Counted from the first letter of the stretch, positions 1 to 12,539 are shown. The stretch: DNA of 44,267 bases from Octopus sinensis (GCF_006345805.1 NW_021834924.1:1-44267), one strand, 5' to 3'. Numbers and translations: made by a program. The notes: generated by a model not told the origin, from the sequence alone.

Positions 1-149
1 ACGTAGAGGAGAAGAAGACCGAACGAAGATGAAACCCAAAGTAGTCATGTTGCACAACATGCATGCGTGCGCATCAATAGACGAACAAACTTTGATATTT
101 GTGTTCACCATTTTCTCTATATCGATTTTTCATTCATATACGTGCCGGC

Positions 150-285
150 TGTCTCTATCTCTCTCTCTCTCTCTCTCTCTCCCTCTCTCTCCCTCACTTC
201 CACCCTTACGTCTATATATGTATGTGTGTGTGTTTGTGTGTGTGAATACGTATGCCAGGTATATTTACACAAACACATACAAATA

Positions 286-324
<39 letters not shown>

Positions 325-480
325 CATAAATCGTTGTACATAATTATATCTTCCGTCTCTATCCGTCTGTGTCCCTGTCTTTTTTCTGTGTGTATGTGGG
401 TGTATATGTACATACATATATATATATATATATATAATAATATATATAGACACACACACACACACATATATATATTATAC

Positions 481-511
<31 letters not shown>

Positions 512-785
512 TATACAAATATATATATATATATGTAATATATATAAACACATATATAGATATGTATATATATATACATATATATATGTATGTATATATA
601 TACATATGTATATATGTATACCTGTACATACATATATATATATACACACACACATACATATACATGTATATATATATACACACATGTATATACATATATA
701 TATATATATATATGGATATATGTATGTATATGTGTGTGTATATACATACATGTATGTATATGTGTGTGTATTTAAGTATGTGTAT
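150..785. repeat. Compound (CT)n/(TG)n/(TA)n/(CA)n microsatellite
   Basis: Dinucleotide runs seen directly; they produce the YIYI/CVCV ORFs. Confidence 0.95.
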
Positions 786-1514
786 GCAAAAGAATGACGT
801 GTGTAAGTAAATTAATTCCTAATTTTGGGTCGTTGTCGGTCTGTGTAAGAGCGGAGCGTGTCGTAGGCGTAGCGGTGGAAGAGGAGTCGGTGGGAATTTT
901 AGCTTTAAGTAGAAAATCAAGTTTGGCAAATTCCATTAGAATGAACATTCTGATATTGTTTGTTACCCCGCTCTTGCTAAACCAAAATAAACAACATTTC
1001 AATAATATATGTTTACCATTTATAAAATTGACATTTTAGTTTCCGTAATCTTGTTAAATTAATTACAAAACTGACTGGCTCAACGTGTTGGTTTATGTTC
1101 TGCTACTTGTATTTTGCGTTATGCTATTTTCAATTTTTTTTTATATATTGTTACTTTCCCTCTCATAGACTTGTATGACTCTCTGTTCTCTCTCTCCATA
1201 TCCTTCACACTGATTTCATTGCTTGCTTGCTCGTTCGCCCGTTTACCTCCTGCAACGCACACTATGTCTTTATTGTTCGCGTATTTCTGTCTTCACCGCT
1301 TGTTTCAACGTTTCAAAAATATATTTTATTTATTTTATTACATGTAATGTCTTTCTTGTTTGTTTTTTTTCTTACTTTTCTCTCGTTATTTTCTGTTTCT
1401 TTCCTTGTTCTGCATAATTTAACTTTCACTCTGTTTCACAATAAATCTCCCTCTTTTAAATTCTAAATCTTTCCTTTTCTCCCTCTCTCTATCGATCTGG
1501 ATTTCTCTTTAATG

Positions 1515-1767
1515 TATATCAATCTATCTACATATCTATCCACCCATCCATCCATCCATCCATCCACCCATCTATCCACCCATCCATTCATCCATCCATC
1601 CATCCATCCACCCATCTATCCACCCATCCACTCATCCAGCCTGCAAGTCAGTCATATCTTTAGATTATATCTTCTTCCATTCTTTCTCTATCGTTCTGAA
1701 ATTATGTTTCACATCTTTATATCTATCCGCCTACCTACCTACCTTTCTATCTATCTATCTATCTATC
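1515..1767. repeat. (TCCA)n and (TCTA)n tetranucleotide microsatellites
   Basis: catccatcc runs 1543-1638; tctatctatc run 1746-1767. Confidence 0.9.
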
Positions 1768-2188
1768 TGGGTGAATGTAGCAAGAATGGCACGTATGAAT
1801 GACGAAGCCACCTTGAGCATAGTCCTATGAACCCAGAAATCGAAAACAGAGAGTTGCTTATTGCAAAAAAAAATAAAAAAAGAAATAAAAATGTGACTTC
1901 ATGAACGAGGTTACCGTGGTCTTTTCCGTAGGCTTCTTTCCACGGGTAAACCTCACCTGTCCTCCCCCTACACTTCATATTGACATTTCTGTGATAACGA
2001 TCCCTATTGATCAATTCTTTTTTCCTCTCCCCCTTTTTTTTAACCCCCCTTTTTTGTCCTCTTTCTCTCCTTTTACGATCCCTTTTGATCGAAAACTCCC
2101 CCCTCCTTTTTTTTAACCCTTCAAAGAAAAGCTGTACCTTGTAATTTGTTCTATCTGTGTGCAGCCCTGTGTGGCTAATAAAGAAACA

Positions 2189-2190
<2 letters not shown>
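1768..2190 (+). mobile_element. 5'-truncated 3' end of a non-LTR retrotransposon, probably L1/Tx1-like
   Basis: Terminal frame WVNVARMARMNDEATLSIVL* at 1768-1830, pyrimidine-rich 3' UTR, AATAAA at 2177-2182, abrupt borders with (TCTA)n on both sides. Clade call is from recall only. Confidence 0.55.
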
Positions 2191-2223
<33 letters not shown>

Positions 2224-2272
2224 ATATCTATTATCTATAATCTATCTATCTATCTATCTACCTATCTATCTT

Positions 2273-2371
<99 letters not shown>

Positions 2372-2462
2372 GTCTATCTATCTGTCTATCTATTTACCTA
2401 CCTACGCATTTATCTATATATCTATCTGTCTATTTATCTATCTGTCCATCCATCAATCCATC

Positions 2463-2519
<57 letters not shown>

Positions 2520-2520
2520 C
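2191..2520. repeat. (TCTA)n microsatellite
   Basis: Long near-perfect tctatcta array. Confidence 0.97.
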
Positions 2521-2829
2521 CCGTTTATCTCTGTATGTGCGTATGAGCTAGCATCTTCACATGCAACTTTTTATTTATCAACTTATCTTCGAAACTGTTC
2601 GTTTTTACATTGTTCGGTTCCCTCTCTGAGAACCAAATTACATATTTCCACACACACACACACACACACACACAACACACCACACAGATGTTCCCTCACT
2701 CGATTTCCATCACTCTTGACTTCTTGATTCGTCTCTCAATATCAGCTTCTTTCCCTCCAAAATCTGAACCTCTCTTTACAAGTCCATCATTTCGCATTAT
2801 TGCATAATAACCTTCTTACACAAACCAGT

Positions 2830-4530
2830 TGACACATGCACTCTCTCACACACACTCACTCTCTCTCTTCTCTCTCTCTCTCTTGCTATATCTCTCTATC
2901 TCTTTCATTCTCTCTCCCTCTATCTCTAGCACATTCCCTATACCAAAGTTTCTCACTCACCCTTTCTCTGTCCGTCTGTCTGTCTGTCTGTTTTAGTCTG
3001 CCATGCGCTATATCATCCAGTCTATCTCTCGCTCTCTCTAACACATACACACTCCCTATCCCATCGTCTCTATGCTCCTTTCTCTCTAACTCTCCCTCTA
3101 ACTCCTCCTGTCTTTCTCTCATCCTCTCCCTCTTACTCCTCCTTCCCTCCCCCTCCCTCTTCCTAACACTATCACACACCATATCATTCCGCCTGTCTCT
3201 CTGTTTCTCTCTCTCTAACTCTTTCCTCTTCCCATCTCTCCTCCGTAACTCTTCCCATCTCTCCTCTGTAACTTTTCCGGCCACTCTATTCCTTACTTCA
3301 TTTCTCTCTCTCTCTCTCTTTCTCTCTCTATCTATGTATCTGTTTATCTCTCTCTTTCTATCTATCTATCTATCTGTTTATCTCTCTCTCTCTCTCTATT
3401 TATCTATCTATCTATATGTTTCTCTCTCTCTATCTCTGCCTGCCCCTCCCACACATTCTATCCTTCTCTCTCTATCTATCTCTCCTACTCTTTCTCTCTC
3501 TCCTTGCATCTCTGTACAACATTATGTAATCTGCTGCCCTAACTTTCCAAAGATTTCTCTCTTCTAAAGAGTTTCTCCTTTAAAGTTTTGTCCTTATCCA
3601 ACCCCTCCCTACATTTCCCTTCCCTCTGTCATTCTCTCTCTCTCTCTCTTCCTCACTCTCCCTCTCACTGACTGTCTGTCTGCTTGTCTCTCTCTCTCTC
3701 TCTCACTCTCTCTGCCAATTTCCTACCCATTCCCTTCTCTCTCTAAGGCAATTTTATTGTTCCGATGCTCTCTCCGCTTCTACGTCCCCAATCTCTCCTT
3801 CTCTCTCTTCCTCTCCCTTTCTCTTTCTCACTCACTCACTCTCTCTGTCATTCTCTCTCTCTCTCTTTCTCTCTAACCCTCTAACTGTTTCCCTCTCACT
3901 CACTGCCTCTCTCTCTCTCTTCCCCTCCCCTTCTCTTCCTCTATCTCCTTCTCTTCCTCTATCTCCTTCTCTTCCTCTATCTCCTTCTCTCCTCTCTTTC
4001 ACTCTCACTCACTCTCACTCACTCACTTAACCTAAGTTTTTCTCTTTTCTCTCACTTTCTTTCTCTTTCTCTCTATGTCTTTCTCTCTCTCTCTCTCCCA
4101 TCCTTTAACTATCTCTCTTTCTCACTCACTGCCTCTTTCATTCCCTCTCTTTCGCCCTCTCTCTATCTTTTTCTTTCTCTCTTTTCTTTCTCCTCTTTTC
4201 TTTCTCTCTTTTATTCTCTCTTTTATTCTCTCTATTCTTTCTCTCTTTTATTCTCTCTATCTCTTTCTCTCTTTCTTTCTCTCTATCTCGTTCTCTCTAT
4301 CTAACTCTCTCAACACACTCTCTCTCTCTCTCCCTCTCTCTTCCATTGCACTCATGGCACCGTATTCCATTAAAATTTCCCCCCTTCTCTCAATCCATCA
4401 CCTCCGCCCCCATGCTAACCTCCACTTCCCCCTCTCCCCCATCTGGCTGTTTCCCTCCACCTCTGCTCCTCTCCTCCTCTTCTCTCTACTCTCTCCACAA
4501 ACTCTTTCTCTCTTTCTTCTATTTCACTAA
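2830..4530. repeat. Degenerate (CT)n / polypyrimidine low-complexity tract
   Basis: About 1.7 kb of strongly C/T-biased plus strand, including a short tandem of ctatctccttctcttcct at ~3940-3990. Confidence 0.9.
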
Positions 4531-4599
4531 AACACCTTCTAAATCCTTTGCTTTCTTTCTACCCGTTTCAAAACTTCCATCTTCTTTCACTGGTTGTAC

Positions 4600-5551
4600 T
4601 CCATATATATACATATACATACATATATATAAATAGTCTCTCCCACCCTCTCTCTGTATGCATGTATGTGTTTATGAGTATACACACGCACACACAGAGA
4701 AACACACACACATATATATATATAAAAATATACTCCTAAATTTATATACATATGTACATAAATATATACATACATATATGAATAGATAGATATATATATT
4801 TTTATACATATATATATATATAAATATACACGTACACATTCGTGTATATATGAGTGTGTGTGTATTTTATTATTGTTGTTGTTGATGTATATGTTTATAC
4901 TTTTACTTTTCTGCCTTACCATTACAAAGGAATTTCTATAGAATTTTAGTGGAAAATTTCAAAATAGATTTTTGATTCTTTTCATGCACCTACTCTACTC
5001 TTTTACCCTTTTCCTCTCTCTCTTTTTCTCTGTCTTTGTCTGTCTGCCCCTCACTCATTCTCTTTCTCTGTCTCTGTCAGTCTGTCTCTGTTTCTTCCCC
5101 TCTCTATTTCTCACTTTCTCCCCGTATAGATCACTTCAATCACTCCCTCACTTGCTTATGTTCTATCTTCAGGTATCTATCTATCGATCTGTCTTCAGTT
5201 CTCTCATAGACTCTGTTATTTTCCCATCATGGTTTTCTCTCTCTCAATACACACACACAAACACACACACACATGTTTGTGTGTGCATGCCCTTGTATGA
5301 TTGTAGATATATATGTGTATGTATATATATGAATATATATATATATATATATATGTATATACATACACAAATACCAATATGTATATATATATACACACTT
5401 TCAAATACACATATATGTATATATGTATACATATGTTTGTATATATATATATATACAGACACACACACCTACATATATGTATATACATATATATGTATAT
5501 ATATATATATATGTATATATATATACATTTATATATATATTTATATATATT

Positions 5552-5618
<67 letters not shown>

Positions 5619-5815
5619 AATAGATAGATAGTTAGATAGCTAGATAGCTAATAGATAGATAGGTAGATGATTGATGTAGGTAGATAAATAGATATAGATA
5701 TACATGTGTGTGTCTGTTTTCCTGTGTGTTTGTATTTACAATTTCATAAACGAATACGTAGGAATATATGCGTTTCCGTGCATATATACACATTCATATA
5801 TATATATGAATATAA

Positions 5816-5850
<35 letters not shown>

Positions 5851-5920
5851 TGTATGTTTGTATACACACATATATAAAGATACTCATACAACAATACCTT
5901 CACACACACACACACACACA
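4600..5920. repeat. Interspersed (TA)n, (CA)n, (GATA)n, (TATG)n microsatellites
   Basis: Seen directly; long pure (TA)n at ~5561-5615. Confidence 0.9.
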
Positions 5921-6359
5921 ATATTCATTAGGATTATGGGTGCTTAAATTTGCAAAATATTATATTGAATAAATTATATTTTCAATTAAAATGCGATATT
6001 TCGCAAGAAATTACTGGATAATAAATGTATAAAATTAATGCTTATTACCATAATAATTACATCTTTTAATTAATTGCTCAATCGTGCATCTCCTTAGTCA
6101 ATATAATTTCTGCTGTATGTACATTAATGCTTGATATATACATTTATATTTAGTCTTCTGCTCTGTTCTGTCAATGAAATTGTTTCACGTCTAATAAGCA
6201 AACGGTATTAGCAACATAATAGCCAAAACCTAGAACAGCCTTGCTTTGCTGAGGTTAGCTGTTTCCAGCTAACTATGCGTTCAGTAGTTGCTTAACGAAG
6301 AAGCCCCTGACATCTTGGGTCGTAGTTTACGTCCTTACTGGGTCGCTAGATTGCTTTAA

Positions 6360-6885
6360 GATATTGGTTTCATGTTCTGGCATGTGGCCAGCAATTTCGG
6401 TGCAGGTAGTATGTTGTTTGTTCCTTCTCGAGTTATGCCTGGCTCATAAGGGCCGGTTTCCCGGTTTCCTTGTCGTATAAGTTCCCCACCTGGACGGGAC
6501 GCCGGTCCATGGCGGATGAGCTGCAAGATGCAGGAGGAAAGAGTGAGAGAAAGTTGTGGTGAAACAGTCAGCAGAAGTTTCGCCATTAACTTCTGCCGGA
6601 GTCGCGTAGAGGCTTAGGCATTTCACTTATAAACACACACATCGCCCGGTCTGAGATTCGAACCCGCGATCCCTCGACCGCGTGTCCGCTGCTCTAACCA
6701 CTACGCCATGTGCCTCCAATGCAGGTAGTATGTCGATTATATCGACACCGATGTTTAACTCGTACTTATGTTATCGACCCCAAAAGGACGAAAGAGCCAA
6801 AGTCGGCTTTTGAACTAAGATTTTGAACTAAGAACGTAAAGACGGACGAAATGACGTGAAGCATTTTGCCCGACGTGCTAACCAG
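6360..6885 (-). mobile_element. Old tRNA-derived SINE (GGCGGCGAGCTGGCAGAA family), split by a younger SINE
   Basis: Flanks 6360-6414 and 6720-6885 match the reverse complement of the family at 29664 and 38845 (atcgaccccaaaaggacgaaag..., gacggacgaaatg..., gcattttgcccgacgtgctaac). Confidence 0.7.
6415..6719 (-). mobile_element. Full-length tRNA-derived SINE with 14-bp TSD
   Basis: Minus strand has A box TGGCGTAGTGG and B box GGTTCGAATC; exact direct repeat tgcaggtagtatgt at 6401-6414 and 6720-6733. Confidence 0.9.
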
Positions 6886-7074
6886 CAATGTCCACAACAT
6901 AAAGACGAATGAAAGGCCGCTAAGTATTCTGCCCGCTGTGTTAATGGTTTTGTCATTTCACTGTCTTAAATATAAACTGTCTTTGGCTGGGCTTGGGGTG
7001 AGCACGAGTTACGAAAGACGCTGCGTTTGAGACTCTAACGATTCTTTCAATGAAATTTTTAAAAATATTGATTT

Positions 7075-7270
7075 GAAATTTTCGGACAAGGGCAGCAGAT
7101 ATGTGAGGTGTATTAAATCGGTTATATTGATTCTATTGAGCCATCAATCACGAAAGCATGAATTAGGCAAAGTCGACCTTGACGGAATTTAAACTCAGAA
7201 CGTAGACAGACGAAATGTCGCTAAGCATTTTGCTTGGTGTGGTAATGTTTCTCCGAACACATCGTTTTAA
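7075..7270 (-). mobile_element. Degenerate SINE (GGCGGCGAGCTGGCAGAA family)
   Basis: ggcaaagtcgaccttgacggaatttaaactcagaacgtagacagacgaaatgtcgctaagcatttt matches the family reverse complement. Confidence 0.75.
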
Positions 7271-8334
7271 TGCAAGATTCGCAGGATATTTTCGAGAATG
7301 TAATGAGCCGGAAAATTTACGATTCTGTCAATGAAATTTTTTAAGAAAAGCTGCAACGAATCTGCTTCACTTTAAATAAGCATTATATAAGCTCTATATA
7401 AGAACACGCTATATAAGCTATATATAAGAACAAAGAATTTGAAGAGCTTCTTGTAGCTGAGATAATTCTATGGCTGTTCTCACATGACTACGTCTCTTAT
7501 GGTTGTTTTTGGAAACATCCCTTTACATCGTCGAGTCCTCGAATACAGTATGTGGTTTCCCTAATTGGGTAAAAACAGCAGGAGTTATTTTGCATTCAAT
7601 GGCAAACGTCAAAAGCTAATGAATAGCCAAGTCATAGAAGAGTCGTGCTGAATATGGTTTCTAAGATTGCCTACTGAAGTAGCCCTCTACGCTGCCGTCA
7701 CCCCGTCGAATAATGTCGTAGATTATTGCTTGATTCATACAAAACAGCAAATTATGTCTCCGTGAAATCAACATTATTAAATAATCACATTGTCAAAATC
7801 GTCAGTCTCGAACGGAATGCATTTCGCAATTCCTTCTGAGTTCATACCCAGACAAAGACCAGTTTGCCTTAAGGCGGCGAACTGACAGAACCATTACCAT
7901 AGGGGCGGAATACATAGCGGCATTTCCTACACCTTTTCCGTCCTAGACATTACTCGTAGGCAAGTCGGGCAAATTCAGTTAAAAATCAACTAAAGACAGC
8001 TGTGACTCTATTATTATTTCGGGATAGATAAAATAAGTGCTTTAGCGTAAATATTTCTGGCTTCCTCATAGTGTTCTATTGGTAAGAACATTGCGGTGGT
8101 TTGCCATTGCGTTCATCCAAGTCAATGACCGTCGGCCAGGAAGGAGTTCATCAGACCTTCGATAAGTTTTATTTTTAGTACTACTGGAAGTCAAGACACC
8201 CTTCTCACAAGAGTAGCAAGCTACTCAAGTGTAGAGGGTCAGTTTAGTCACTGACCACTCGACCATGGAACACGTATTATTGGTTTATAGGTACCAATAA
8301 CAAGCCATATCTGCCCGATATGAAATCTCCGACA

Positions 8335-8637
8335 TATCTATCAGTCTATCTATGTATCTTCTATTTATGTATATATCTATGTGTCTATCAATCTATTTAT
8401 CTATCTATCTGTGTATGTATGTATGCATGCATTTATGTATGTATGTATGTATGTATGTATGTATGTATGTATCTATCTATCTATCTATCTATCTACAGAG
8501 ATTTCAGTATCCTAGACCACTGGTTTTAAATTGAAATTAATCAAATTGATGTTCAATTTTACACCCATATTATTTAAATACCTATCTATTTCTAGGTATG
8601 TCCGTCCTCCCAGTCTATGTGCCACCCTTCCACTCCT

Positions 8638-8697
<60 letters not shown>

Positions 8698-8755
8698 ATA
8701 TATATATACATGTATATGTATGGCTTTATATTTACATATATATATATTAGATATA

Positions 8756-8786
<31 letters not shown>

Positions 8787-8810
8787 CAAACATACATATA
8801 TATATATACA

Positions 8811-8844
<34 letters not shown>

Positions 8845-9328
8845 AACATACATATATATATATATATACAAACATACATATATATGTATATATATATACA
8901 AACATACATATATATATATATATATAAAAACATACATATATATATATATATATGTGTGTGTGTGTATGTATGTATGTATGTATCAATACACATATAACAA
9001 CACACAGATTAGTCTTGTATTAAATGGGAACGTACATGAATATTGTAGAATAAAGATTAAGGTTACGCTGACATAGAAACATGCATTGGTGACGTTTATT
9101 ACGCGAGAAACCTGATAAAGACCATGCAGTCTTATTACATTGTATTATAACAAGGTATAATATAAATTCAATTAGGACAGAGAGGTGCTAGTTGGCCATC
9201 TTAACGATTTCAATAGGAATTTATTAATATATTTACTTTGCTGAATCTCTCTGACTTCTCTGATATAGCTCTATTTATATATGTCTCTCTTTCTCTTTCT
9301 CTTTCTCTCTCTATCTCTCTTTCTCTCT

Positions 9329-9374
<46 letters not shown>

Positions 9375-9544
9375 TTATATATATATCACTGTTCTCCATG
9401 CGCGGCTGCATGAATATCATACATGTGTACATATACACATGTATACATACACACACACATATATACATACATATATGGATATATATATATATATATATAT
9501 ATTTACATATATGCATATATATATATATATACGATATACGATAT

Positions 9545-9593
<49 letters not shown>

Positions 9594-9735
9594 CGTGTAT
9601 GAATGTATCCATCTATATGTCTATCTATCTATCTGACTATTTATCTATTTGTTGTATTCTCCCTCTCGTTCTTCCCCCACCTCTCTTCAACTCGCTATAC
9701 ATATGTAAATATAAATATATGTATATAAAATATAC

Positions 9736-9789
<54 letters not shown>

Positions 9790-10145
9790 ATATATATTAT
9801 ATATATGTATATATTATATATATATATATATATAATATATATATATATATATAATATATATATATATATATGTATGTATTTAGATAGATAGGCAGATGGA
9901 TAGATAGATTGATAGATAGATATGCTCATGTATACAAAATAATATAAATACACACACACACACAAACACACATATATATATACTTTTATACACCTATAAA
10001 GAAGGACTGTGAGCGATTTATAAATGGATACATCCATCCATCCATTCATACATATATACTTACATACATACATACAAACATGCATACATACATGCTTATA
10101 TGCATACATACATACATACATACATACATACATAAATAAATAAAT
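8335..10145. repeat. Blocks of (TCTA)n/(TATG)n/(TA)n/(CATA)n microsatellites
   Basis: Seen directly at ~8335-8495, 8637-9000 and 9270-10145. Confidence 0.92.
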
Positions 10146-10180
10146 AGAGAGGGTGACACACTGATAGACGGATAAATCTG

Positions 10181-10613
10181 AGAGAAGGCATTCTATGCCC
10201 TATCCACAAAGGTGAAAGCAAAGCAGAGGTAACAAATTACTGGTCGATCTCTCTGACGTCGCTTATCAGTAAAGTCAAAGAGAGAATCATCAGAAAGAAG
10301 TTGATGATATTCCTAGAAGAGAATAACCTACTGAACAATACACAGCATGGCTTTCTTCCAGGTGGAAGCTGCGTTACATAACCCCTACAATAATACGACT
10401 TGGTTTTGAAACAGCTGTTACGCCATTCCGATGTCAACTTGGAATATCTTGAATTCGCAAAGGCATTTGATAAGTTAGATCACGGCATGATGTGTCAGAA
10501 GCTGCGAGAATTTAAGATTTCCGGTAAACCGGAAGAGTGGCTGTATAACTACCTTAAAAAAACAGAAGTAAAGCGGTTGTAACCAATGGTACCCTTTCTG
10601 AGGAATCCCAAAT
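10181..10613 (+). pseudogene. Decayed reverse transcriptase fragment of a CR1-type LINE
   Basis: One frame reads [35 protein letters not shown]...QHGFLPGGSCVT*...YLEFAKAFDKLDHG, matching the non-LTR RT motifs PIxK, NYRPISLTS, QHGF and YLDFxKAFD; internal stops and a frameshift near 10560. Confidence 0.92.
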
Positions 10614-10614
10614 A

Positions 10615-11940
10615 CCTGTTTGGATGGATTTGAGGGAGTATGCAGCTTTTATCGTGGCCATAGAGGCTGCTGCATGTATTATATCATTTAGCCTGGCCAT
10701 ATTGACATTTGTTTCTGTGGCTATTATTTCTGCGATGGTCAGGTTCATGCTATTTATTATTGATGTTGTTTTATTATCAACTATCACTATGACTCGGCGT
10801 TGCCTTGGTCATAGTGCTAGTGCATGCATATACTGCTGCGTGCGTGCGCACATACACGGGAGTACTGTCCAAATCTCCAACCATTCACATACAGCTTGCT
10901 GGCATTCAATTGGTGTATCAAGTGTCGGGCATTTTGATTGGGTTTTGGGATAGAAAATTCACAAAAAATCACTTCTATTGATTTTTAATGGCTTTGCGGG
11001 GAGACTGGGGAAATGTAAAGAAGTGCACGACCACCCTTGAACGGTTGTGAATGACCATAGAAAGTGCGAGCCTTCTAACTGAAGAATTGTGGATTTGTAT
11101 AAAGGACACACACACACAGACATATTGCTGTTTATATATAGAGAGATTTCAATTTTGGGGAGACACCATAGGTGGTCCCTATTGAGATCTCTGCCTTTCA
11201 GTTCTTTGATTATACTATTTTTAGACTATTATAAACATTAGTTTCACCTTCGCTGTTTCCAGATTTTCGATTTGTTTCGGATTCCCAACCGTTCATATGC
11301 CTGTTTGTGGTGTTCTGATTTCGTGCATTTTCATATCATTATACATTCCGACGGTCAGTGTTTGTTCTCTTTCTTTCTTTACTTCGTTTTTGTTGGGCAT
11401 ATTACGTCTATCTTCGTGATTTACAGTTCCAGTACTTATGATAATATCTGGCATTGCTGTGTGCTTGCTATCTGCTATTTCCTGGTGTATTTTTTCCTTT
11501 TAAGTGTTCTATTTTGTGTTGAGAATATATCTCCGTATGTTAGCTATTTTATTAGGGTTCATTGCTGTATCTAAATCTTGATCTCGGTTATTTTTCTTCC
11601 AGATTTATGTATATGTTATTCTGTTCTCGTTCTTTCGGTGGAGAACTGCTGTAAGATAGGCGTATAGGATTGAAATATATTCCCCAGGTGTCCATTTATG
11701 CATCTTTGATTTTATTCGCGGGTCATGAGGAATAACGTCTGGCCCTGAATTTTGAAGGTCATAATTTTGGTAGGATACCAATCCGTTTATTTCCGGTGTT
11801 AAATTGTTTTGCGCGTGTAGTTTTTCGTACTTTTTGTCCAACAAGTTTAAAATACGTACCTCTCGAATGTTATATTTGGGTTGAATAATACGGGTACTAT
11901 TTAATTTATTTTTCATTTTCTGTGCATTTTCGTTGTGGAC
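10615..11940 (-). mobile_element. Decayed N-terminal ORF fragment of an R4/Dong-like non-LTR retrotransposon, interrupted by a Helitron
   Basis: Minus-strand translation KMHKWTPGEYISILYAY...*IWKKNN...MNPNKIANIRRYIL and LPKIE|IDNK...RLNDIIHAAASMAT resembles the KWT, xIW, LPK and IIYAAA motifs I recall from R4-clade ORFs; several stops. Confidence 0.62.
10781..11146 (-). mobile_element. Non-autonomous Helitron-like element (366 bp)
   Basis: Minus strand starts TCTCTCTATATATAAA then (TG)n, and ends with a hairpin and ATAG (CTAG-like); sits between A and T with no TSD; removing it restores the host reading frame. Confidence 0.8.
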
Positions 11941-12539
11941 GGAGATGGTATGATGTTGATTGGATTGTAATGTGACGAGCGAGCTTACACGAGGGTCGGA
12001 GATGACACAAAGTTAAAAAAACATTTCATTTGGATAATAGAAAGAGATTTTAGTATTTCATACACGGATATAATTCTAACGATTATGTGAGGTGGCTACT
12101 TTACCTTCGTCACGTATATTATCAATCTTACCTGAGGGCAAAGTTAATGATGAGTTTTAACATGCGTCTGGAAAAGCATACTGGCTATTGACGAAGGGAA
12201 CACAAGCAGAAATACATATTAAGCAATGCAATCACTGCGATTCTTCGATTTAGTACTGATGCTGTCCATCACTCCATTCTGTCAGACAACCATCAATCCA
12301 TATACCCTTTTATTCATTACCCATCCATTTATTCAACCATTTATTCAACCAAACAGCCATTTATAGATTCATCCATCACCACGTTTCTTCAAATACCCAC
12401 GGACAATCCATTCATCCAGCTATGAATCCCAAACCAAGCCAGCCACATATTCCCCACCCTTCAGTCTATCCTTAGACCTCAAGCAATCCATTATGCCACA
12501 CAGGCAACATGCCGTTGCCCATCTTTACATACGGAGGCT

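Noticed and set aside
29-810. Multiple YIYI/CVCV ORFs (also at 5.2-5.9, 8.6-10.1, 13.7-14.2, 16.7-17.0 and 33.9-34.3 kb)
   Set aside because: Translations of dinucleotide microsatellites, open in several frames on both strands
12130-12170. Possible 36-nt minus-strand micro-exon (cttttccag...cag|gtaagat)
   Set aside because: Splice-like motifs occur by chance in 44 kb; weak polypyrimidine tract and no partner exons or recognisable peptide
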